A DNA stretch of 64,000 bases from Centroscyllium fabricii. Taxonomy: Eukaryota. Positions 46,229 to 58,567 of this stretch are shown in pieces. The stretch spans positions 67,518,001-67,582,000 of the forward strand of contig JBNRSN020000028.1 in the NCBI GenBank assembly GCA_051313645.2. The letters run 5' to 3'. The notes below the pieces were generated by a model that was not told the DNA's origin, did no database searches, and worked only from the letters and a program-made list of their open reading frames with translations. The position numbers were made by a program, and so were the translations under genes. The number at the start of each line of letters is the position of its first letter. Within the stretch, counting starts at the first letter, position 1.

Positions 46229-48284
46229 ATGGCAGAGTGTGAGGGTGCTGCAGCGGACAGCGCCAGGGGACGACCCGCCCCCAAATTTGATGATGCATCC
46301 CTCGATGCATTGCTCGAGGGAGCAACTACCGATAGGGAGGTTCTCTTCCCCTCCTCAGGGAAGAAGAGACCTCCCTCACAGACCAAGGCTGCATGGAAGC
46401 AGGTGGCTGAGGGGGTCAGCTCCTTGGGAACAACAACCCGGTCCTGGCTGCAGTGTCGCAAGCGACTGCATGACCTTCATCGTACCGCCAGAGTAAGTAT
46501 TCATTTCCCCTCACCCTCAATCTCATCCCCCTCACCTCTCCTCACCACAACTTAACTTCACCCCTACCTTCCTCCACATCCCACTTGCCCATCACCTCCA
46601 AGCAACCTTACCCATTCTCCCTCTCAATCTATGCTTACACTCAGGGTCCTTTCCCTCCATTCAGCCCTCACACTCCCTCTCACTCTCATGCTTGCTGCAC
46701 ATCTGGAACCACACAGGGAGAGCCTTTGGTCTTGCAGGCTCACTGCATCTTTGTCACCCTACAGCAAACTTTGCTGCTAACTCGCTGCAACAACTCCTTC
46801 CTTCTCACTCAACCTCCACTTCTCTCCCTCATTGCAGGAAAAGACAGCTGCCAACAAGCGGCACAGCGCCGGGAACGGAGGAGGACCCCCCGCCATCCAG
46901 CAGCTCACCACCTGGGAAGAGGCAGTGCTGGACCTCGTTGGGGAGGGGCAAGCCCCGAGAGTGGGTGACAGGGAAGCAGGCAGGCAATCTGGAGATGGTG
47001 ACACCATGTTTTAATTATGTCTCTTAAAACTAACACATGAGACTGCCACAATGAATGTAAAAGCACTGCAGAGGCAGCTCTGCTCAGCTCCTGAATGCTA
47101 TCTGTATGTAACCTTGCTGACATATCTCTAACCTCTTCCTTTACTGCCCCACAGGCCCATCCGCAGCTGGACACCCAAGCAGAGCTGAGGACGAGGCCGC
47201 CCCTGCCCAGTCGTCAGAGGAACCTGCCACCTCTGAGGGTGCACCATCAGCACCACAGACTCCACCCGGCACCAGCGCAGATACTAGCACCTCGGTGGGC
47301 CCCCCTAGAGCTACAGATAACTTGTCACCGGGTGATTCAGACAGCACTAGTGAGCGTCAGCAGATTGTGGAGACAGGGACAGCAGTGCAGGGTCCTAGTT
47401 GGAGGGCGCAGGACTCTGGCAGCTCAGCTGAGCTGCATGCAGACACAGCGCCTTTGGATCCATCAGGCAGAGGACACATGATGGGACTCCAGACACAGAT
47501 GCAGGAGTCTCTGACAGGTTTTGTCTCCCAGGTAGCTACGAGTGTCATGCGAATGGAGGAGTCTGTCGCAAGCATGAGAAGCAACCTTGCGGAGTCAGTG
47601 GCGCATGATCGCATCACCATGGAAAGGATGGCAACCATCATGGAAAAGATGTCGAGCACAATGGAAATGATGTTGAACACCATGGAAAGGGTGGCGACCA
47701 CCATGGATAGGATAGCGACCGTGGACGAGAGGATGGCCACGGCCATCGAGCACATAAGTCGCCAGTCTTTCGAAGACATGGGCACTGCACACAATAGATA
47801 CACATCTCCTGAGCAGCGAGTGGCATCTATTGAGCAGATGACCCAGACCTTCCTGGAAGCCCCTCTGAGTAGGACTTTCACTTCAGAAACGGGTCCCCAT
47901 GGCCCCCCTGAAGTGCAGCAAGGTGCTAATCAGCCACTTGCTGGCGCTGAGGGGGAGGTGACCCATGAGAGGGAGGTTGGTGGTGCAGCTCAAGGAGGTG
48001 GGGGATCCTCTCCAAGCGCTCCCACGTCCACACCACTGCAGAGCCCTCGGTCAGAGGCCCGCCGGAGTCCCCATGCGCCTGAGATGGAAGTCTCATACCC
48101 TGCGCAGCCGCAGGAGCAGCAGACTGGTAGCGAGACCCCACCGCCTCGCCGCCCCAGAGGACGCCTGCCAAAGGTGTCCACACAGGAGCGGCAGGGCAAT
48201 CAGCAGGGGGCCTCCACATCTGCTGACACCACAGGGATAGCACGACGTAGGAGCACTCGTAGAAGTACCAGTAAGCACCCTTAG
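46229..48284 (+). CDS. Spliced Myb/SANT-like (trihelix) DNA-binding protein, about 517 aa; predicted exons 46229-46492, 46838-46997, 47155-48284
   Basis: RPAPKFDDASLDALL...AWKQVAEGV...RSWLQCRKRLHDL. GT/AG sites with pyrimidine tracts join the three exons in frame with no stops. Met-rich heptad coiled coil and a basic C-terminus. Confidence 0.8.
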
Positions 48285-49334
48285 GCACAACGGGAGTCAC
48301 TTGGGTGTTAGTGTAAGTTAGATCTCCAAAATCAGTGGTCACACAGCAGACCACTGAGGTGCCACCTGATGCAGTTGTCATGTCTGACATCTTGCAATCG
48401 CCCCTTCCCACATTGACACCTTATGCAGGCTGGGCAGCAATTGGGCAGGCCTCACAGATATGCAACGATGCTGACGCAACATGGTAGAAGGACTTACAGC
48501 AGGACGAATGTGGTTCCACAGCTCAGTGCAGCTGAATGGTTAGCAGTGAAGGTCCTTGAAACCGGCTTACCCTCATGGGGACGCACACCAGCGAACAGAG
48601 GGACTGTATGACCGATGTGTGGACCAAAGGATGACCAGGTTAACTGAACAAGCCACCTGATGTTTTCGCTACAACAGCAAACATGCCTCAGTGCTGAACT
48701 TTTACAGGAACAAAACCTTAAACGGATGGAGGTGGCCAAAGAAAAGATGCGCCACCTGTCCAAAGTACCCACGCTTCCAACATCATCTAGCTTCAAATGG
48801 CCCCTCACAGCACCTGACCCTGATGGAATGGCCAAGGAGCCATGGTGCCAGCATGCCTCAGCACTGACACATCAAACAAGATCAGGTGGGTGAAGAACCA
48901 CCAGACATTGACGCTCACCACCCTCCACTACTGCTGCCTCATGTGCGGGTGCGCTGCCCTGGTTTGTCATTATGTGTCACTCTTGAAAAGGGAGGGGCAG
49001 TTCGTGAGAGGGTGGAACATTATTGACAATGGATATGAAGTTGCAAGTTCAAAAGTAGACTGGCTGAGGTGCAGCATTGCTGATAATGACATTTTGACTG
49101 TTTCAACCTGCATGTCTGCAGCTGAGATGCCTGGGACATCATTAATGTAGTGAATCATAAGTGCTGGTCATCAGTTGACCAACCCTGCATGTGGCCATGT
49201 TTGCTTAATGTATGTACTAAACAGCATGTTGCAGTTGCAACCTTTAATGTTTCTGTGTTCATTATTGCATGTGATGGTTGGGTGGGACCATGTTCATCAA
49301 AGGAATGTGTGGTGCATCAGGGGCGTGGCTGGGG

Positions 49335-49688
49335 TCAAGCGGCAGCAACCCCGTCCTCCTCCTCCTGTACCTCCTCCTCTTCTTCCTCTTCCTCCTCCTC
49401 ATCTGAGGACGGTATGCGAGGAGGCAGGTCTTGGTGAGGAGGTTGCAAGCCACGGTGCTGGGCCATGTTGTGAAGTTGGCAGCATACCACTACCATTGTG
49501 GAGACCCTGTTTGGGGGGTATCTTCTGCGGTGACAGCCTCGGATGCGCCGATGCCTTCTGGCCCATGCTGCCCCCAGAGGGTCCGCAGGAGCATCAGGCT
49601 CCTGGTGTGGCTGTTGCTGCTGTAGCCGCATCTGCTCCTGGTAGAGATCATGCAATCCCAAGAAGGGAAGGAAGAAAATGGCTCCCAT
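49335..49688 (-). pseudogene. Harbinger transposase with an in-frame deletion of the whole DDE core
   Basis: The N-terminal ...RRRYPPNRV is fused directly to the C-terminal motif STMVVVCCQLHNMAQHRG and an acidic tail. Confidence 0.72.
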
Positions 49689-52510
49689 GTGCTGGCAGCC
49701 TCGGCTGAGGAAGCACTGACTGAGGGGGGGAAGTGAGAGGGCTTTCCCAGGTCACACTGCCGAAGTGTTTGAGGATTGAACCTTCCACAGGTGTGCTGAA
49801 GGCTCTTGATAATATCCCGAGGACTGAGACAACAATGTGTTTGGGCAAGCGAATGATGGCTGATTAAATGTCAGCCCTCATTAAGTGACCAGACACAGAT
49901 ACTCAGCAGTCCCATGCAGTTCACACAAGGGTTTCACCTGGTGGGGTTTATCTTGGTGGGTTTTGTGCGTGAAACGCACAAAAATGGTGATGGGCCACCA
50001 AAATGGCATTACTGATGCCAATTAAGGGCCCTTAACGAGCTAAACAAGCATCCCCGCCGGACGCCGGCGGGACGGATTCGGGGCGGCAAAAAAATCCGGA
50101 CGAAAATTCGAAACCGGCGGGAAATGGGCGGGCTTGGGCGGGAACCAAAAATGTCTAATTTTCATCTCCCGCCCGCCCAAAACCCCGCCCGCCCGGTCCA
50201 CGAAAATTCCCCCCATAGAGGGCAGGATAAAGAAAAAAAGGGAGGCGTATGACAGATACCAAGGGCTAAATACTGCAGAATCTTTAGAGGAGTACAGAAA
50301 GTGCAGAGGTTCAAAGAGGTGCAATTAAAAAGGATATTAGGAAAACAAAGAGAGAGCATGAAAAATGATTGGCAAGTAAAATCAAGGTAAACCCAAAGAT
50401 GTGATAAATATATTAAGAGTAAGAGGTTAACTAAAGAAAGGATAGGGCCTATTAGAGGTCATGAGGGCAATGTGTGTGTGGAGGCGGGAGACATCGATAG
50501 AGTTCTTAATGAATACTTTGCATCTGTTTTCACAAAGAAGAGGGGCGAAGCAGACATTGCTATCATGGAGGAAGAGTGTGAAATATTAGATGAAATAAAC
50601 ATAGTGAGAGAGGAAATATTAAAGGGTTTAGCAGTTTTAAAAGTGGATAAATCCCCAGGCCTGGGTGAAATGTATCCCAGGCTTTTAAGCGAAGCGAAAG
50701 AGGAAATAGCAGAGGCCCTGACCAAGATTTTCCAAACCTCTCTGGCTTCAGATGTGGTGGCGGAGGACTGGAGGACTGCTAATGTGGTACCCTTGTTTAA
50801 AAAGGGAGAAAAAGATAGACCGAGTAATTACAGGCCAGTCAGCCTAACCTCGGTGGTGGGAAAATTACTGGAAAGAATTCTGAAGGACAGGATAAATCTT
50901 CATTTAGAAAAACATGGATTAATCAAGGATAGTCAGCACAGCTCTGTTAAGGGAAGGTCATGTCTGACAAACTTGATTTAATTTTTGGAGGATGTAACAA
51001 GGAGGCTTGATGAGGGTAGTGCATTCGATGTAGTGTATATGGACTTTAGCAAGGCTTTTGATAAGGTTCCACATGGCAGATTGGGCACAAAGTTAAAAGC
51101 CCATGGGATCCAGGGCAAAGTGTCAAGTTGGATTCAAAACTGGCTCGGAGGCAGGAAGCAGAGGGTAATGGTTTATGGGTGTTTTTGTGACTGAAGACTG
51201 TTTCCAGTGGGGTTCCGAAGGGCTCAATATTAGGTCCTTTGCTTTTTGTGGTATATATCAATGATCTAGACTTGAATATAGAGGGTATGATTAAGAAGTT
51301 TGCAGATGATACTAAAATCGGCTGTGTAGTTGATACTGAAGAAGGAAGCTGTAGACTGCAGGAAGATATCAATAAATTGGTCAGGTGGGCAGAACAGCGG
51401 CAAATGGAATTCAATCCGGAGAAGTGTGAGGTAATGCATTTGGGGAGGGCTAACAAGGAAAGGGAATACACATTAAATGGTAGGACACTGAGTAGTGTAG
51501 AGGAACAAAGCGACCTTGGAGTGCATGTCCACAGATCCCTGAAGGTAGCAGGCCAGGTAGATAAGGTGGTTAAGAAGGTGTACGGAATGCTTGTCTTTAT
51601 TAGCCATGGCATAGAATACAAGAGCAGAGGGGTTATACATCAACTGTATAAAACACTAGTTAGGCCTCAGTTAGAGTACTGTGTGCAATTCTGGTCACCA
51701 CATTACAGGAAAGATGTGATTGTACTAGGTAGAGTACAGAGGAAATTTACAAGGATGTTGCCGGGAGTAGAGAATCTTAGCTATGAGGAACGATTGGATA
51801 GGCTGGGTTTGTTTTCCATGGAACAGAGGAGGCTGAGGGGAGACCTTATTGAGGTGTATAAAATTATGAGGGGCCTAGATAAAGTGGTTAGAAAGGATCT
51901 ATTTCCCTTAGCAGAGGGGTCAAAAACCAGGGGCACAAATTTAAAGTAATTGTTGGAAGGTTTAGAGGGGATTTGAGGAGAAATTTCTTCACCCAGAGGG
52001 TTGTGGGGGTCTGAAAGGGTGGTTGAGGCAGAAACCCTAACCACATTTAAAAAGTACTTGGATGTGCACTTGGGATGCTCTAACCTGCAGGGCTACGGAC
52101 CAAGAGCTGGGAAGTGGGATTAGGCTGGATAGCTCTTTGTTGGCCGGCACGGACACGATGGGCCGAAATGGCCTCCTTCCATGCTGTAACTTTCTATGAT
52201 TCTATGATTTTATGATTCTAGTGTGATGTTTTTAAAGTAGCACAAAAGATCACGGAAACACGATTTGCGCTGAATGTAATTCTGCTTAAAATTCCGTGAA
52301 TATTTCCACAGGTCACGCTGATTTTGGGCGAATTGCACTGAAAAATACAGCGCAATCAAGCGGAAACTCTACACCACTATTTTTACACAAACGAGTTGAC
52401 TTGTGTGGGTATGCCTTGCAGATCCACCTTCAAAACCCTCAGTTTCACATAAAGCAGCCTTTTATACTGTTATGAGCTGCTTTGCTATTAGCCAGTCTTA
52501 TGATCCTTGT

Positions 52511-55035
52511 ATGGTGCACAGATGTACAGGTACTGTTACAGCACTGTACCGCCAACTTGGAGCTATTAACAATCAAGTGTCGCCCTTTTTACCTACCAAG
52601 GGAAATCTCAGCTATCCTCATGTCTGCTGTCTACATCCAACCACGAGCCAATGAAAACACTGCATTGAGCGAACTTTACAATGAGATCAGTGAAGTTCAG
52701 AACCGGTACCCCGAGGCAGTCTCTATCATTTCAGGGGACTTTAATCACTGTAATCTTAAGAGAGTGATGCCAAAATACTTTCAAAACATCTTTTGTCCAA
52801 CAAGAAATGGGAAAACTCTGGACCAGTGCTATACCACAATACAACATGCCTTTCGTGCCACTGCTCGGCTGGGCTTCGGCAAGTCAGACCACGCCTCTGT
52901 GCTTCTACTTCCTGCTTACAAACAGAAGTTAAAAAACTCACCAGCAATAATAAAAACAAAAAGAATCTGGACAACGGACAACGAACTCAAACTACAGGGC
53001 GGGCTGGAAAAAACAGACTGGAGTGTCTTTAAGAACCCAGACCTTGATGAGTATGCAGACCATGTCAATGGATATATCAACAAATTGGTAGATGATTGCA
53101 TCCCTACCAAGTCTGTACGTTCATTTCCCAACTGGAAACCGTGGATGAATTCTAACATCTACAACAAATTAAGAGATCGGCGTTCTGCTTTTAAATCAGG
53201 GGAGAGTGAAGTCTACAAGGAGGCCAAGTATGACCTTATTAGAGCGATAAAAACAGCTAAAAGAGACTTCAGGGATAAACTGGAGTCTCAGTACGGCGGG
53301 GGCTCCGATGCCAGACGCATGTGGCAGGGACTGAGGGCCATCACCAACTGCAAGAAAAGATCAGCGGGTGTCACCAACACTGATCCCTCCCTACCGGACG
53401 AGCTGAATATCTTCTATGCTCGCTTTGATAGGGAAAATACTGAGCAGGCCAAAAAAAACCCTTGTCACCCAGAGGACTACAGACTACAGGTGACTGAGCC
53501 CGAGGTCTGCAAAACATTCAGGAGGGTGAAGGCACGAAAGGCAGCCGGTCCAGACGGAGTTCCATCCCGCGTCTTTAAGACATGTGCGGACCAGCTGGCA
53601 CCCGTGTTCACAGATATTTTCAATATCTCACTGCAGCAGTCTGTCGTGCCAGTGTGTTTTAAGGAGACAACCATTGTGCCGCTACCAAAGAAGACCAAGG
53701 TAACGGGTCTTAATGACTATCGACCGGTAGCCCTAACATCTATAGCCATGAAGTGCCTGGAAAAGCTGGTAATGACACATATAAACAGCATTATCCCTGA
53801 GTCCTTGGATCCGTTCCAGTTTGCATACAGGGCGAACAGGTCTGTGGACAACGCAATCTCCCTAACACTGCACACTGTCCTAGAACATCTGGATAAAAGG
53901 GAGACTTATGCTAGACTGTTGTTTATCGACTACAGCTCTGCTTTTAATACCATCGTCCCCTCTAAGCTAATCCTGAAACTGAAGGACCTAGGTCTGGGCA
54001 CCCCCATTTGCAACTGGATTCTGGACTTCCTGACTGGTAGGCCTCAAAGGGTGAGAATAGGGAACAACACCTCCTCCACACTGGTCCTCAATACCGGAGC
54101 GCCACAGGGCTGTTGCCTCAGTCCTCGGCTGTACTCTCTGTTCACACACGATTGTACAGCCCAACACAGCAACAACCGAATAATAAAGTTTGCCGATGAC
54201 ACCACGGTAATTGCCCTGATCAGTAATGAGGACGAGACAGAGTACAGGGATGAGATAGTTCAGCTGATGGGATGGTGCAAGGATAACAATCTTGCCCTGA
54301 ACGTCAGCAAGATGAAGGAACTCATCGTGGACTTTAGACGCCATCAAAAGAACCACCAACCAATCACAATAGGCGGGGTACCGGTAGAAAGAGTCAGCTG
54401 CTTTCGGTTCCTAGGTCTGCAGATCTCTGACGATCTGACTTGGAATTATAACACCAAGGAAATGCTGAAGAAGGCACACCAGCGCCTCTACCCCCTGCGG
54501 TGCCTGAGGAAATGTGGCATAAGCACACAATGGCTTGTAAACTTTTACCGCGGAACCATAGAGGGCGTCTTGTCAGGTGGCGTCACTGTGTGGTATGGCA
54601 ACACCACTGCTCAGGACAGGAAAGCCATCCAGAGGGTTGTGAGGACGGCAGAAAAAATTATCAGGTGTACACTCCCAGCCATTGAAGAGATTTTCCAGAC
54701 TAGATGTCGGAACAAGGCCCGTGCTATTATTAAAGACCCCAACCACCCTGGGCACGATCTGTTCTCCCTCCTGCGATCTGGCCATCGGTACCGCAGCATT
54801 CGAACCAGGACCAGCAGATTTAAAAACAGTTTTTATCCACAGGCAGTGCGCCTACTGAACGGCTAACGGCAATTGTTATTATCTGTTTATTGATTATTAA
54901 TTGTTTTTTATATTTACACTTGTTCTTACTTTTTACTTGTGCTTTTCTTCATCTATAAGTGTGGGAGTGAACGGGGAGCATTCCATTGTACTAGTTACAT
55001 ATGGCAAATAAAGGATCTTGTATCTTGTATCTTGT
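52511..55035 (+). mobile_element. 5'-truncated Rex1/Babar LINE
   Basis: Characteristic Rex1-type protein, AATAAA and a (TATCTTG)n tail. Confidence 0.9.
52512..54866 (+). CDS. Rex1/Babar APE-RT ORF, N-truncated but open for about 784 codons
   Basis: CRPFYLPRE, GDFNH, SDH, LNDYRPVALTS, QFAYRANRS, FIDYSSAFN, TGAPQGC, KFADD, SFYPQAVRLLN. Confidence 0.92.
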   Translation, partial: WCTDVQVLLQHCTANLELLTIKCRPFYLPREISAILMSAVYIQPRANENTALSELYNEISEVQNRYPEAVSIISGDFNHCNLKRVMPKYFQNIFCPTRNGKTLDQCYTTIQHAFRATARLGFGKSDHASVLLLPAYKQKLKNSPAIIKTKRIWTTDNELKLQGGLEKTDWSVFKNPDLDEYADHVNGYINKLVDDCIPTKSVRSFPNWKPWMNSNIYNKLRDRRSAFKSGESEVYKEAKYDLIRAIKTAKRDFRDKLESQYGGGSDARRMWQGLRAITNCKKRSAGVTNTDPSLPDELNIFYARFDRENTEQAKKNPCHPEDYRLQVTEPEVCKTFRRVKARKAAGPDGVPSRVFKTCADQLAPVFTDIFNISLQQSVVPVCFKETTIVPLPKKTKVTGLNDYRPVALTSIAMKCLEKLVMTHINSIIPESLDPFQFAYRANRSVDNAISLTLHTVLEHLDKRETYARLLFIDYSSAFNTIVPSKLILKLKDLGLGTPICNWILDFLTGRPQRVRIGNNTSSTLVLNTGAPQGCCLSPRLYSLFTHDCTAQHSNNRIIKFADDTTVIALISNEDETEYRDEIVQLMGWCKDNNLALNVSKMKELIVDFRRHQKNHQPITIGGVPVERVSCFRFLGLQISDDLTWNYNTKEMLKKAHQRLYPLRCLRKCGISTQWLVNFYRGTIEGVLSGGVTVWYGNTTAQDRKAIQRVVRTAEKIIRCTLPAIEEIFQTRCRNKARAIIKDPNHPGHDLFSLLRSGHRYRSIRTRTSRFKNSFYPQAVRLLNG

Positions 55036-56641
55036 CAGTGCAGGTGCAGGATATCATCATACACTTAAAACGCCAGTTTGTCACTGAATCTCATTTTCAA
55101 CATCATACTTTCCTTATGCTCATTAAATAACAAATATATGAAAAGTAAAGATTATTCAAACAAAGCTAATAGCAACCACAACAAAAAGTACACAAGAGAG
55201 CATTTCAAGCGGACCTCAATCAATTGACAACATAACATCTCACATATTTATTAGAATTAATGCGCTGTAACATGTGATTTCTTCCAGGATTGAGCCCAAG
55301 CAGAACACTGAATAAAAACAATAAATATCAATCCCAGGAGCAAAACATATAATTGAGCACCAGGAGAAACTCTTTAACCACATCAGAATTAGAACCCTTA
55401 CGTTGAAAAAAATCTGGAGTCACATAGATCATCAGCTACAGAATATTGATTGAAATACAGTGCCATAGAATAAAGATACAGATTTATAAACACTGTAACC
55501 TAGTAATTAAATGTAGTAACTATTAGATTTACTACATTTCAAACTTGTGGTCACTTTTCTGTTAAATGTCGTAGATACTTAGTGAGAAGACATTGTAAAT
55601 GCCAAAGTGATTCTAATCAGTGAGTCATTAATCAGAGGTTAACCACACTATATATTTTATTTTTGGTTACGCCACACAGGGCTGATCTTAGTGCTCAGTC
55701 ACAAAGAAAAAGAAAAAGAAGAATTAATTATAAACAGCAGTTACATAACTATATCGTATAACTGAAAATCACTTTTATGACTATACAATAAGTAAGCTTC
55801 TCCACAGCTTAAGGAAGTGCATTATAATATTACTTTTAGTACCTAATTGAGGTCTGTCTATTAGCGCAAGAGTCAATTTTTAAATGATAATAATAACATT
55901 TTCAGTCAACATTTATTTTATTTTACCCCTTGTCACATCTGCATACTTCAAACTCTCACCAGCCTACTGTCACAACCCTCCATTGTGACACTAGTCAGAT
56001 AGCAACAACCTTCCAATGTCCCTCTCATATCAATTTCTGAAAACAATTACAAAGCTTTCAGCCGAGAGTGAAGAACATTTCATGTGACTATTTTAAGTCA
56101 GTTATATTTGTTAATATTTTGTCCAAAGATAAAACTTATTCAGAGGTGTTGTTCAGCCCCATTTGAGTGAATAATTGAAAACTGATTGACTAAAACTAAA
56201 ATGTCATTAGGCATTTAAACAGAAGTTTCTGGCACTATTAAAAGAAAAGCTCAGTTTCAGATAGTGTTTAATATCCAAGGTGGCCACTATCCACCCGTGA
56301 TGTGATCATTGTCATCTGATTCAAATAGCTTTCAAACATTAAATTATATTATGGATTTTTCTTTCATAAACTAGCAGCTGCATTTGGGAATATAATTTAA
56401 AAATGTCATTTAAATCCATATTTTATGATTTGTAATCAACAGAAGAGCAAAAGAAGAACATAAATTTTAATTAGTTAAAACAGGTGATTTGTTTGGTATT
56501 GAAGAGTTTTATTCTGACGGCTATTTTTTGCTTCCAGGTTTTGGGAACCTGGTATTTTAACTGAAATCTCTGTTCAGTGGGAGAAATAAAATGGACTGTG
56601 ATTACACTGTTTCAGTTGATTATGTAGAATTTATTGCAAAC

Positions 56642-56960
56642 CATAGAATCATCAGCACAGAAAGAGGCCATTTGGCTCATTGTATCTGTGCCGGCTCTTT
56701 GAAGGAGCTGTCCAACTAGTCCCACTCCCCCACCCTCTCTCCATAACCCTCCAAATTTCTCCTTTTCAACTATATATCCAATTCCCTTTTGCATGTTACT
56801 ATTCAATCTGCAGCCATCACCCTTCCAGATCCCAACAACTCGCTGTGTAAAATAATTTCTCCTCTGGATTTTTTGCAGATTATCTTAAATTGGTGTCCTT
56901 TGGTTACCGACCCTTGTACCAGTGGAAATGGTTTCTCCCTATTTACTCTATCAAAACCCC
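56642..56960 (-). mobile_element. CR1 3'-end fragment
   Basis: catagaatc...gaggccatttggc...gccggctc tail and 3' UTR, similar to the reverse complement of 52100-52210. Confidence 0.7.
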
Positions 56961-57170
56961 TTATTAAATTAATTTTTGGAATTAACTTTTGGAATTAATT
57001 TTTCCATATTGGCAGAGAATTTCAATTCTAGGTTACATAATTAATAATTTTATTTTAAATTAATGTTATCTGGACGGGAGGAAGAATAAACTTATAGCCA
57101 TGAATAATCTAGAATTCTATTGCAGGGTATATATGATTTCATAATTTTGTGCGCAGACACAAGCAGTCAA

Positions 57171-57580
57171 GGGGCAGCACGATGGCATAGTGGTTAGCAC
57201 TGTTGCCTTACAGCATTAGAGACCTGGGTTCAAAAAAAAATCCAGCCTCGGGTACTATCTGTGTGGAGTTTGCACATTCTCCCCGTGTCTGCGTGGGTTT
57301 CCTCCGGGTGCTCCGGTTTCCTCCCACAGTCCAAAGATGTGCGGGTTAGGTTGATTGGCTATGATAAATTGACCCTTAGCATTAGGGGGATTGAATATGT
57401 GGGGTTACGGGGATAGGGTGGGATATGTGTTGGTGCAGGCTCGATAGGGATCGAGGGATATGGGGACAAGGCAGGGACAGGGTGCTGGGTTTGGATGATC
57501 AGTCATGATCTCATTGAATGGCGGAGCAGGCTTGAAGGGCCGAATGGCCTACTCCTGCTCCTATCTTTTATGTTTCTATG
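57171..57580 (+). mobile_element. HE1-like SINE, long-tail type, full length
   Basis: A box, B box (expanded A-run), V-SINE-like core and a CR1-derived tail. Confidence 0.92.
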
Positions 57581-58567
57581 TCAAATGTTTGCATGTTTAC
57601 TGATAAGTGAGGTTTGTCCTGTCTCTCTAAATCAAAAGGTAATTTTTGACTAATAATGTGCTGTATGTATCAATTTAATTTTATCTTAGTTGTTGTTCGA
57701 TAGCTAAAACAAATCACAAGGTACATAATTCTAATTATCCCAACATTAAACGTCATCTGTTGATATTAACATGGCAATCTCTCACCTCTCACCCTCAGCT
57801 CCTCGCAATCCCTCCTGCATGACAGACACCACAGCCCAGAAACCCGAGAGAAAGCTCAATCATTTGAATATTCCTGCTCAATTATAAAAACAATCAGTTT
57901 AACTGGGGAGAGATTTATAAATCATTAATCTTCCATCGAAAAATCTTTTAACTTTGCTCCATATGTATGTTGTGTGTTTATTCTCTTTAGCATGATTTAT
58001 TGTCCTTTTTTGGAAATGAAAGTACTGAGATAGCTGGAAGGATATTCCTGTTTGGATTTCATGACTGAAAACTGCTTCTATGTTATTGTATTTTTAGCAA
58101 TATTTCAGGTAAGTTCTGTTATTGCCCCAAATACTGATGAATGAATGAGTGGCTGGGCGCTGGTGCCTGATTTATTTGGTATATGTTTCCTAATTAATCT
58201 TGGCATGAACAGAGATATTTGCTGTGCGACATGCTTTTGATAATCATAGATGCAGTATTTGTTACATTTTTACTTCTATCAGTGTGCTCTTAGAACCATA
58301 CTATTGAATTATACATTTTGCATGTTGTTTTGAGTCACTGCCTCTTTGTAATGTGGAACATGTTGACATCAAATTACAAGGTCAATTTTCACTCCCTTTG
58401 CCTCACATTAACAGCCTCAAAATGGTGTTGGTAGCCTTACTGCCCCACTAATATCAGCAATGCAGCCAATGCCATTTTACAAGGGGCCTACCTCTGGGTG
58501 TTCAAAGTGACTGTCCGTTTCAGGCAATAGGCCCCTTTTAATATGGAAATTGGTGTCCTATGACTTA

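Larger units (their letters stand above)
45977..50214 (+). mobile_element. PIF/Harbinger-type DNA transposon, non-autonomous derivative (4.2 kb)
   Basis: Perfect 16-bp TIRs GGGGGGAATTTTCGTG; Myb/SANT gene (+) and a convergent transposase remnant (-). Confidence 0.9.
45519..52220 (+). mobile_element. 5'-truncated, decayed CR1 LINE (ORF2) split at 45976/50215 by a Harbinger-type element
   Basis: ILNWGKANF...RAPWMSRD|[42 protein letters not shown]; (TTCTATGA)n tail at 52190-52220. Confidence 0.9.
45075..52375. mobile_element. Old TIR element (arms about 45075-45518 and 52221-52375) hosting a CR1, which in turn hosts a Harbinger element
   Basis: gtagagtttctgctt...gtgcaaattgtgcccaaaat pairs with attttgggcgaattgcac...aagcggaaactctac. 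Confidence 0.55.

Noticed and set aside
57991-58108. Candidate host exon (pyrimidine-AG acceptor, CAG/GTAAGT donor)
   Set aside because: All three frames contain stops and no partner exons were found. A non-coding exon cannot be excluded without RNA data.
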